From a virus (Duplodnaviria > Caudoviricetes), in the IMG/VR virus record IMGVR_UViG_3300028591_000076, positions 32,001 through 96,000 of that record: a stretch of DNA of 64,000 nt. One strand, written 5' to 3'. Shown in pieces: positions 40,121 to 48,490 of the stretch. Position 1 is the stretch's first letter, and every line of letters starts with the position of its first letter. A program made the position numbers and the translations under genes. The notes under the pieces are model-generated. The model had not been told where the DNA came from and did no database searches. It saw only the letters and a program-made list of their open reading frames with translations.

Positions 40121-40387
40121 TTATTTTATATTATTTTCTAATATTTCTTTAATCTTTGTATAGAATAATTCTATTTTATTGTCGTCATAAAAACAGTCAT
40201 AATTAGAAGCTCTTACTTCTTCTTCAAAATCATTATATGCATTAGGATAATTTTCAGCTAAAAAATCACAGGTAACATTAAATGTAGCTTGACCATAGCG
40301 ATAAGACTTATTACCACGCGCTTTTTCTTCTCTAAAATGCTTATCTGATGCATCTCGAATTGACTGAATAATGTTTTCTATATACAT
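40121..40387 (-). CDS. Hypothetical protein
   Basis: AAGGAG RBS; TTACATATT at 40407-40415. Confidence 0.7.
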   Translation of the reverse strand: MYIENIIQSIRDASDKHFREEKARGNKSYRYGQATFNVTCDFLAENYPNAYNDFEEEVRASNYDCFYDDNKIELFYTKIKEILENNIK

Positions 40388-40427
40388 AGTAGAACTCCTT
40401 TAATATAATATGTAAAAATTAAAGGAA

Positions 40428-42404
40428 TTATATATTTGGTTCTTCCCATTCATAACTTATATATTCCCATGGAAGCTCACAAATCCTAGTATCTATTTTA
40501 TTAGATTCTGCTTCTGTACAAGGATACTTAACACATTCAATATCACAATTATATGAAAAATCATAGTGTACACGTGATGGTATATTACTATTCTTATATG
40601 CATCATATAATAAAGTACGAATAGAACAGTCCTGGAATTTATAATTTAATTCACTTAACTCTTCCATCTCTGAAGGATTAATACGTAATTTATTAAACTT
40701 TCCTTTAAGGAATACTAAAGTTTTAATATTATTAGAATATTCTTGTCCTAATATATCTTTAATATATTTAACAAATGTTGGTATATCAAAATATCCATTA
40801 TTACCTGCATGGCATTTTTCTGGTGATATATAGCAGTTATTAAAATTAAATACTAAACTTTTATCATCTCTCGAAGAAAATGATTGCTTTAAGTCTTCTT
40901 TTGTCCAAGACTCAATATCAGCCATATTAAGTACTGAATAATTAAGCTTATCTACTATGCTCTCTGGAAAATAAAAATTATATAAATCGTCCCATAAATG
41001 TGCTTCGCCATAATCTGGTAGCTTATAAAAAGCTTTATTATAGTCACAGTCTGGGTTTTCTTTTACTACATCTAATGCTTGTTTTGCTAACTCGCGTATA
41101 TTCCAGCCAAATACTTCCTTAAATAGTCTAGGTTCGATACAATGACTTGCGTTATCATCTTGATTCCATGCTTTCCATGCGCCATTTTCATATGCGTCTA
41201 ATGGACTACCATAATATAAAGTTTCTATCTGGATCATCCATTTTCTATTATTAGCTTCTGGATTAGCGTCTTTACTAAAGGCAAGAATAAAAAGATTATA
41301 TTTACTTACATACTGTTTCCAATACTCATCATTCTTTTCATAACCAATGCACCATTTCGCGGTCTGTCCGCCACATTTAGCTGAGTCCATCCACTTACAT
41401 GCTTCCCATGTCATAGGCATTACGAATATAAACTTATCATTTTCTAATTCTGGTAACATTACAAAATCACAGTGGCTCATAGGAATACCCGCAATGCTAC
41501 CTATTAAACCTGTATCAAAAAATACTTTATTTGCATCTATTTTTTTAGCAATATGTCTTTCTTTGCGCGAGCCACCTTTATTTTTCCATGTATAATAAGC
41601 ATCTACAATTTTAGCTATTTCTGTAATACCACTTTCAAAATACTTATCATCTGACCAATGTTCTCTATCATAATGTAATAACTTCTGCCAATCTATTTTA
41701 GTATTGCCTATTGCGCCACTATCTATAAACTTTATTAACTCTTCATATTGTGGTAATGGCTTTTGCGCAAAATTGGTTTTATACATTATATCTAGACGAC
41801 TATCTTCATCATAGCTTAAATCATCATACCAAGGTTTTAAAAATCGCTCTTTTGATGCTTCACGTAAGTAATTTAGAGTAGACTCATTAAGAGATGTATC
41901 CGAAATAATACTTAAAACTCTTTCTAAAAAATCTTTTTGAACTTCATTACTATTAGGGTCTGACCAAATACCCGGTATAGAACATAAAGCAATTTCAATA
42001 CAGTTTTTATCTTTCCAATTATGCTCTGTAGCTGCTGACTGACCAGTATATAAGGTCCAGTCCGAATTATCATTATCTTTTAATGAATTAAGTATTTCAT
42101 CTGAGTCTAATAAATCTATAAAATATAGTAAGCTCTTATTTAATGGAAAATACCCAACTGTGTCTGGTACAGTAATACTAATATATGTTCCATCGCCCTT
42201 ATTATCACAAGTTAACTCAAATTCAGCAGCATTATGGTTTTCTTCTTTTGAAGCGAAAATTTGTTTATCGCTAGCCCATTTATGTAATGCGTCATTTACT
42301 TTTTTTATAAGGTCTTGCATTTCATCATTAGACTTTTTTAAGTCTGTAGAATTATTATAAATTGATTCAAAAATGTTAAAAGTCATATTTTTATTACGTA
42401 CCAT
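40428..42404 (-). CDS. Large hypothetical protein, probably virion-packaged
   Basis: N-terminal NIFESIYN; LNE|S and LRE|A sites; central ACKW..GQTAKWCIG; ACTAATT at 42409. Confidence 0.7.
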   Translation of the reverse strand: MVRNKNMTFNIFESIYNNSTDLKKSNDEMQDLIKKVNDALHKWASDKQIFASKEENHNAAEFELTCDNKGDGTYISITVPDTVGYFPLNKSLLYFIDLLDSDEILNSLKDNDNSDWTLYTGQSAATEHNWKDKNCIEIALCSIPGIWSDPNSNEVQKDFLERVLSIISDTSLNESTLNYLREASKERFLKPWYDDLSYDEDSRLDIMYKTNFAQKPLPQYEELIKFIDSGAIGNTKIDWQKLLHYDREHWSDDKYFESGITEIAKIVDAYYTWKNKGGSRKERHIAKKIDANKVFFDTGLIGSIAGIPMSHCDFVMLPELENDKFIFVMPMTWEACKWMDSAKCGGQTAKWCIGYEKNDEYWKQYVSKYNLFILAFSKDANPEANNRKWMIQIETLYYGSPLDAYENGAWKAWNQDDNASHCIEPRLFKEVFGWNIRELAKQALDVVKENPDCDYNKAFYKLPDYGEAHLWDDLYNFYFPESIVDKLNYSVLNMADIESWTKEDLKQSFSSRDDKSLVFNFNNCYISPEKCHAGNNGYFDIPTFVKYIKDILGQEYSNNIKTLVFLKGKFNKLRINPSEMEELSELNYKFQDCSIRTLLYDAYKNSNIPSRVHYDFSYNCDIECVKYPCTEAESNKIDTRICELPWEYISYEWEEPNI

Positions 42405-42432
42405 AAAAAATTAGTAACGAATTTAAAATAAA

Positions 42433-42456
42433 AAAAGCCCAAATATTTGGGCTTTT
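42433..42456 (-). terminator. Intrinsic terminator
   Basis: aaaagcccaaa ta tttgggctttt. Confidence 0.75.
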
Positions 42457-42474
42457 AACTAAAATAAATATATT

Positions 42475-42702
42475 TTAGCTTCTTACATATCTTTCAGCTT
42501 CTTCAAATGAATTAAATGTATGAAGCTGTCCAGTTTTCAATGCGTTAAAACATTCGTAGTCACAGTGAGAGTCATTGTTTGGGAATTCTCTCATCTTACC
42601 ATTTTTACTAACTGCGAAGTATTTAACGATATCATTATGACCGTCATTTACGTCACCAGCATAAATAGTATTCTTATTTTTACCAATAGTGTAATATTTC
42701 AT
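42475..42702 (-). CDS. Hypothetical protein
   Basis: AGGAG RBS. Confidence 0.6.
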   Translation of the reverse strand: MKYYTIGKNKNTIYAGDVNDGHNDIVKYFAVSKNGKMREFPNNDSHCDYECFNALKTGQLHTFNSFEEAERYVRS

Positions 42703-42721
42703 TAGTTTTACTCCTATTAAA

Positions 42722-43291
42722 TTAGTCCCAGAATGTTGGGTCTACATCATCTTCGTCATTTATATCAGTATCATCTAATATTTCCTCATCAGACTCATTA
42801 GATTCTACGTCATTATTTAATATGCCTTGAGCAATATCTGCTGCTTTCTCAATATTTGCGTTATCTTCATCTGTCAAGTTAGATAAGTCTACATAATCAT
42901 TATTAAGAAGTGCGTCTCTAACCTGATATACAATATCAGCTACCTGATCAGCTGACATATCTGGGAAGAAGAATACTAATGAATGTGAAAGTTCTGCTGT
43001 AATCATTGATACAGCGTCTGAGAAATCATCGCTATCTAAACTATTCTCATATGCAGCTATATAAGTATCCTTAATTGCCTTAATTGCAAATTCAATATTA
43101 TCATCTATACCATTCTTAGTTAGAATTTCACGTATCTTTGGTTCAGCATGTGCAAACTCATCTTCTAACATATTATCTGTTGCACCAATAGCATTAGCTG
43201 CAGCTTCAGCAGCTGGATTAGAGTCAAAAAACTCTGCTACATAATCTGTTTCTTCTACTGGAGCATCTACTACTTTATTTTCAGTATCCAT
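42722..43291 (-). CDS. Highly acidic hypothetical protein
   Basis: DYVAEFFDS; acidic tail ending DDVDPTFWD. Confidence 0.7.
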   Translation of the reverse strand: MDTENKVVDAPVEETDYVAEFFDSNPAAEAAANAIGATDNMLEDEFAHAEPKIREILTKNGIDDNIEFAIKAIKDTYIAAYENSLDSDDFSDAVSMITAELSHSLVFFFPDMSADQVADIVYQVRDALLNNDYVDLSNLTDEDNANIEKAADIAQGILNNDVESNESDEEILDDTDINDEDDVDPTFWD

Positions 43292-43357
43292 ATACTAATC
43301 CCCTAATAAACTTTATAATTAAGCTTATTAAATTAGTATTATGTAACAAAAATAATT

Positions 43358-43381
43358 AAAGGTCCCATTTAGGGACCTTTT
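43358..43381 (-). terminator. Intrinsic terminator after recA
   Basis: aaaggtccc attta gggaccttt. Confidence 0.75.
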
Positions 43382-43396
43382 AAGTATGTATAAGTA

Positions 43397-44575
43397 TTAT
43401 TCTACATCACTTTCGGCTTCTGTTGAAGCTGCTTCTAATGCTTCTTTAGCTAATTCTGCAACTTCCGCTTTCTCTTCAGCTGTAGGCGCCGTTAGTCTAA
43501 TACCAGCAGCAGCTGCATCTTCTTTCTCTGGATCAACATTATCAGCGTCAAGTTCACTATTTACAAGCAACTTAGCTGTTACTTGTTCCTTAAGTTTAGC
43601 ATATAATTCTTTTTGTTCTGGCTGTGTAATCCATTCAAGTAAGTTTGCGGCACCACGAATTTTACCATCAGGCAAGAAATCAGCTTTATAAACGCCACCT
43701 GGACATTTTTCAATAATATTAAGCTTAGTTAGGAACTCAAAATATTCATCGTCAGACTTAAATCCACCATCAAAATAGAGATTCATAATAGCGTCTCTAT
43801 TTGGTACTGAAGTCTTATTCTTATAATTACGAACACGAATTTGAATACCTACAACTTCATCACCATTTTTAATCTGTTCCATCTTCTGAACACGACATCT
43901 AGTAGATGAGAAGAATTTAAGTGCTGTACCACCAGTAACACTTGGTAAGAATGCTCCAATTTGCATATTGGCTCTTTCCTGTGATACAACAAGAAGAGGG
44001 AACTTATAATTAGAACAGAGAACATTAAAGCGCTTATAAACTTCCTTTAATGTATTAGCTGCTTTAGCTCCATTAAAACCAGTAGCACCAATTTCTGATT
44101 CTGCATCCAAATTTGTTGGAGCTGCTGCGTCAGAGTCTAAGATTACACAACAAACTGAGTTTGTTTTTACTAGCTCTTCAGTAATAGCACAGGCCTCTTC
44201 CAATGTATCAGACTGCAAAAGAACAAAATGGTCTTCATCCGTATTTAAGCCAAGCTTATTAGCATAATTCGGATCAAATGTTCTTTCGAAGTCCATATAG
44301 ACTACTACTTGCTTTTCTTTATATTCATCACAAACCTGTGGAATTTTTTTCTGTAACTGTCCCGCGATATATGAGAATGTTGATGACTTTCCTGAACTTT
44401 CAGGACCAAATAAGTTATGAATTCTATCATAACTAAATCCGCCAAACATATATGTTAGCTGTGGCGAGTCAAAGGTAATCTTATGAATTAAAGTATTTGC
44501 ATTTGCTGCTACTATTGCTTTTGCATGGTCTTTTGTCACTTTTTCTAGCGCTTTCTTAAAATCTTTTAATGCCAT
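43397..44575 (-). CDS. recA: RecA/UvsX-like recombinase
   Basis: GPESSGKS, YMDFERTFDPNYANKLG, ILDS, TGGTALKFFSS, KNKT. Confidence 0.93.
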   Translation of the reverse strand: MALKDFKKALEKVTKDHAKAIVAANANTLIHKITFDSPQLTYMFGGFSYDRIHNLFGPESSGKSSTFSYIAGQLQKKIPQVCDEYKEKQVVVYMDFERTFDPNYANKLGLNTDEDHFVLLQSDTLEEACAITEELVKTNSVCCVILDSDAAAPTNLDAESEIGATGFNGAKAANTLKEVYKRFNVLCSNYKFPLLVVSQERANMQIGAFLPSVTGGTALKFFSSTRCRVQKMEQIKNGDEVVGIQIRVRNYKNKTSVPNRDAIMNLYFDGGFKSDDEYFEFLTKLNIIEKCPGGVYKADFLPDGKIRGAANLLEWITQPEQKELYAKLKEQVTAKLLVNSELDADNVDPEKEDAAAAGIRLTAPTAEEKAEVAELAKEALEAASTEAESDVE

Positions 44576-44661
44576 TTACTAATGGTCTCCTATATTCTAT
44601 AGTTATTATATTTTATATAGAATATATTAGCAATGCTATAGAAAATTAAATTATAAGAAAG

Positions 44662-45213
44662 CTATAGTGTGCTGATATCGCCATCACTAGAAATATTTAT
44701 TAAACATTTACATTTAGAACATCTAAAACGTCCAGGCTTATATATTTTTATTATTTTATTACACTCAGGACAATTTTTAGTAATATTCATAAAATTATTA
44801 GGACAGCCATTTTTTATATAATTTTTTGCTTCTTCAAGATTATTTTTTATTATAAAATATTGGTTAAAACCTAAGAGGTCTAGTAATTCATTAATCTTAT
44901 CATTAAGATTAATAAAAATTAACACACCATTTTTATCTTTACATGCTTTATAAACATAAGTAAAAGAGCCTATACCAGTAGAAGATACAAAATTTAATTT
45001 TGCACAATCCATAATAATATTGCTATATGTATTTAAGAGCTTATTTGTACTTTCCAAGAAAAAGTCAGAATTATAAGTATCTATAAATCCATCACAAACT
45101 ATCTCAATAGTATCATCAAAAATTTCATTTATAGTTATTTTTAAACTATCATTTTTTTCATTATAGAATTCTTGTGTAATATTACTTAGCATATCATAGT
45201 TAGCGTAAAACAT
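44662..45213 (-). CDS. STAS-domain anti-sigma factor antagonist with C-terminal Zn ribbon (spirochaete type)
   Basis: GFIDTYNS..LNFVSSTGIG..LLDLLGF, then CPEC..GRFRCSKC. Confidence 0.85.
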   Translation of the reverse strand: MFYANYDMLSNITQEFYNEKNDSLKITINEIFDDTIEIVCDGFIDTYNSDFFLESTNKLLNTYSNIIMDCAKLNFVSSTGIGSFTYVYKACKDKNGVLIFINLNDKINELLDLLGFNQYFIIKNNLEEAKNYIKNGCPNNFMNITKNCPECNKIIKIYKPGRFRCSKCKCLINISSDGDISTL

Positions 45214-45247
45214 CTTAAAATGTTCTCATGCTATTACTAAATATATT

Positions 45248-45895
45248 ATGTTAACTACTTATAACCATATTTTTGAGAAAATTTACAATAATGCTAAAAG
45301 CTTAAAACGACTAAGACTACTAGTATTAGAAAATAAAAAGCTAAGCTCATATAAGTATGGTTATCCCTATAAACCGGACCTAATAAGTATAGATGAAGAA
45401 GCAGATTACTATACATCTCTTACCACTGAAGAACTAGATAAATTTCAAATGGGTAACTGCTGGGATTTTACGCATTATTACTGTAAATGGGCAGATGAAC
45501 ATAATATGAGACATTATGGTATTTTTATGGCCGCATTTAGTGAAAAAGGAAATCTTGTAGAAACACATGCTTTTCCAGTTATAAAAATAGATGACCAAAA
45601 TTTCTGGGCAGAAAGCGCTTGGCAAGATTATAAGGGCTTATACGAGTTTAATACTAGAACAGACTTAATCAGTTATGTTTTTAGCATTTGGAGTAAAAAA
45701 GTTATTGGAAATTATGATGATAAAATAGATTTTGCTATTTGGAAATATCAAGCAGAATTATTAAAATATGAAAGTATTGATGCGGACGAATTTATAAAGC
45801 AGATATGCTGGAATGATGGCGTGGAAATTGATGAGTCTAGACTTCTATCTGATGTAAAGCCAATAAATAAATGGAATATCACCTCGCCTGAATAA
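45248..45895 (+). CDS. Transglutaminase/papain-like protein with N-terminal IFEKIYN motif
   Basis: GNCWD..THAF..WAE triad pattern; ACTAAAT 5 nt before the ATG. Confidence 0.6.
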   Translation: MLTTYNHIFEKIYNNAKSLKRLRLLVLENKKLSSYKYGYPYKPDLISIDEEADYYTSLTTEELDKFQMGNCWDFTHYYCKWADEHNMRHYGIFMAAFSEKGNLVETHAFPVIKIDDQNFWAESAWQDYKGLYEFNTRTDLISYVFSIWSKKVIGNYDDKIDFAIWKYQAELLKYESIDADEFIKQICWNDGVEIDESRLLSDVKPINKWNITSPE

Positions 45896-45970
45896 TTATG
45901 TATTTCTACTTTTCATAACATATTTTAAGTAGAGATATTTATTATAGGAATATCAAGTGAGGGTAAAAAT

Positions 45971-46165
45971 ATGGAAAAACCATTTAGAATTACAGTAAAG
46001 GCACTAAAAAAGTGGCTTAATACCGTTAGCGATGACGCGGAAGTATATGTTGATAAATATACAAATATGCATGCAAAAGAGTTTATTTCAGTTCGTGAAT
46101 ATGACGAACAGGGTAAAGCAACAGATAAAGAAATTTTAGTGTCGTCTATTGAGGCTACTATTTAA
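45971..46165 (+). CDS. Small hypothetical protein
   Basis: GAGGG RBS; ITVKALKKWL..SDDAEVYV. Confidence 0.6.
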   Translation: MEKPFRITVKALKKWLNTVSDDAEVYVDKYTNMHAKEFISVREYDEQGKATDKEILVSSIEATI

Positions 46166-46932
46166 TAGCTAGTTTTAATAATATTTCTTTTTAGATAATC
46201 TAAATATTTCTTAATAGCATCCCAGTCTATGAGTTGCATAATATCTGCATAGTCTGACCAATATTTTGCTGTTTTATATTTTTCTAAAGACTCCTGATTT
46301 GGAATCCAAATTTTTTCAACATTTGTTCCTATGAGCGATGACTCACAAAGTCTTGGCGGCTCGTGACATAAACATATAATATTCTTTAAGTATATACATG
46401 CTTCAAATGCTTGATTTCCTATTTTTTTAAGTTCCTTATTAAGGGTTATACTTGTAATGCCTGTAGATGCAAAGCAATGATGACCTATACCTTCTATATT
46501 TCCTAAATTGACATTTTCTAAATGAAAACATCCATTAAATGTATTATCTTTTAATAGTTTAAGGTCCGGACCAGCATTAAATTCTTTAAGATTTGTAAAT
46601 TCAAATGCGCTAGAGCCTATTGATCTTACATTTTCAAATTCAAATGTTTCTAATGCTGAACAAAAATAAAAGGCCTTATCGCCGATAATTTGTGGAAGTC
46701 CGCCAAAATTTGTTAGTGATGTACAGCTTGAAAAAGCTTTTTCACCTATTGTATTTACAGTTGGCCTACAAAGAAATATATGTACTTTACTACCTTCAAA
46801 CTCATTTGGAAGTATAGCTGTTCTTTTACTTTTTGTAAAATCTGCAATAAAATTATAATTAAATCTATTTGCCTTTTTAATATCTTTATCTGATACTATA
46901 GTAAATACTTTTTCTTTCAAAATAAACCTCAA
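46162..46932 (-). CDS. BspA-type leucine-rich repeat protein
   Basis: Repeats of IGxxAFxxCxxL; ends with KYKTAKYWSDY cap. Confidence 0.85.
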   Translation of the reverse strand: MRFILKEKVFTIVSDKDIKKANRFNYNFIADFTKSKRTAILPNEFEGSKVHIFLCRPTVNTIGEKAFSSCTSLTNFGGLPQIIGDKAFYFCSALETFEFENVRSIGSSAFEFTNLKEFNAGPDLKLLKDNTFNGCFHLENVNLGNIEGIGHHCFASTGITSITLNKELKKIGNQAFEACIYLKNIICLCHEPPRLCESSLIGTNVEKIWIPNQESLEKYKTAKYWSDYADIMQLIDWDAIKKYLDYLKRNIIKTSY

Positions 46933-46996
46933 TAACTAAAGATACTTATTTAAAAATTAACAATCCTGCTACTATTTTTTAAAAGGATAGAAATTT

Positions 46997-47695
46997 ATGT
47001 CATCTTTAGTTCCACATGATATTAAGCTATTTACAAATTCATTATCATTAAATATGCGTGTTTTTCGTGAGCTCAAAAATTATTTATGTCCAAAAGGTCA
47101 TCAGCCTTATTATGGCCATATTATAAAATCTGAAATATTTTATGGTAAATCTTCATTACAAATTATAGAAATGCTATATAAGATTTATAAGTTATGCTGC
47201 ATTGGAAATGTACATAAAGCTCTTAATTTTTCAGAAAACACACGCCTATCTGTTGGTATAATTGTTGATAGAAAGAGTGACTTTGATAAGATAATAAATT
47301 CTATTATTGACTTAAGTAGCGCTTTAGGATATTTCTGTATTAATACGCCAACGAATAATACTGTTACACTAACTTTTAATGATAATGTAATTAGCCTTGA
47401 GCCAATTACCAGAGAAAGTGACCTAATAGGGAGTACATATATTGGAATTATGAGTTCTAATATTAGTTGGTCTCCAGCAAAAGTTCGATTAGTATTAAGA
47501 GCGCTTAATCGAATAGAGTCCAGATTAGGCCCATCTGAACATAAGTTTGCTTTAATAGAAATGCTCACTAGTGATTTAGATAAACATGAATACTTAAAAA
47601 GCATTATAGACTCGTTTGGTACTGATATTTATATTACTGTATCAAATGAATATAAACAGCTTACATTAGAAGAAATTGATAGCTATTTCGAATAG
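46997..47695 (+). CDS. Truncated, degenerate paralog of the terminase ATPase domain, C-terminal tag EIDSYFE
   Basis: PY..II..EIFYGKSSL..LY, DLIGSTYI and NRIESRLG align with TerL PY..IL..HIGWGKSAL..LY, DIIGSTII and SRIDSRMFG. Confidence 0.75.
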   Translation: MSSLVPHDIKLFTNSLSLNMRVFRELKNYLCPKGHQPYYGHIIKSEIFYGKSSLQIIEMLYKIYKLCCIGNVHKALNFSENTRLSVGIIVDRKSDFDKIINSIIDLSSALGYFCINTPTNNTVTLTFNDNVISLEPITRESDLIGSTYIGIMSSNISWSPAKVRLVLRALNRIESRLGPSEHKFALIEMLTSDLDKHEYLKSIIDSFGTDIYITVSNEYKQLTLEEIDSYFE

Positions 47696-47725
47696 AACTT
47701 TTAATTAAATTACGCTAATTATATT

Positions 47726-48367
47726 ATGACAGTAGATATCAATGAATATGATGAACTCAAAAAGCGCTTTTTTGAAGATTTTGCAAAAGAATATAATATA
47801 AAACTTAATAAAATCCAAGAAGGTGATGCGCAGCCTCAACCTCAAGATGATGCGCAAGATAACACAGAGCCAAAAGTTATAACAGTAACTGATGAACCAA
47901 CGCCTGTTTTACCTGAGCCAGAAAATATTGTACAGGGCGTAGCAGAAGATACTAGATTACAAAACGAACCGCTTAAAGCTGAAGGTTCTACTTCTATTGT
48001 ATTTGAACAGGGTAATTATGGACAATTACAAAACTCTGTTAAAGCTTTAGTAAGAAAACCTGGAATTATATCTAGAACATTTTTACCACTTGTAGAAAAA
48101 GCACTTATAGAACTTCTTGGAACATCTTCATCTTATAAGCGAACAAATTTTGAATTTAATATTTCTCTCATAAATGGTCAAATTCAGTATGTAGTTACTT
48201 GTATTTATAGTGTTGATTTATTTATCGGTACAGATATTGAAAAATCCGCAGTAGAACATGACCAAAATTATATTATTGAAACTATATCTGTTGTACCAGA
48301 AATAAAAATTAAGGATGTAAAAATTGATACGTCCACAGGACTTGTACGAATACAGGTTATAATCTAA
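47726..48367 (+). CDS. Hypothetical protein, probably structural
   Basis: GCTAATT 5 nt before the ATG; upstream of the baseplate wedge. Confidence 0.65.
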   Translation: MTVDINEYDELKKRFFEDFAKEYNIKLNKIQEGDAQPQPQDDAQDNTEPKVITVTDEPTPVLPEPENIVQGVAEDTRLQNEPLKAEGSTSIVFEQGNYGQLQNSVKALVRKPGIISRTFLPLVEKALIELLGTSSSYKRTNFEFNISLINGQIQYVVTCIYSVDLFIGTDIEKSAVEHDQNYIIETISVVPEIKIKDVKIDTSTGLVRIQVII

Positions 48368-48376
48368 TTAAATATC

Positions 48377-48400
48377 AGCCAGCGAAAAGCTGGCTTTTTT
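48377..48400 (+). terminator. Intrinsic terminator
   Basis: agccagc gaaaa gctggct followed by a T run. Confidence 0.8.
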
Positions 48401-48490
48401 ATTGCTAAATAAACTTCACTAATTTCATATAGAATATTTTTCTAATCTAACTATAATTTAAGTAATATCACCAGTTAGGGGAGTTTTTTC

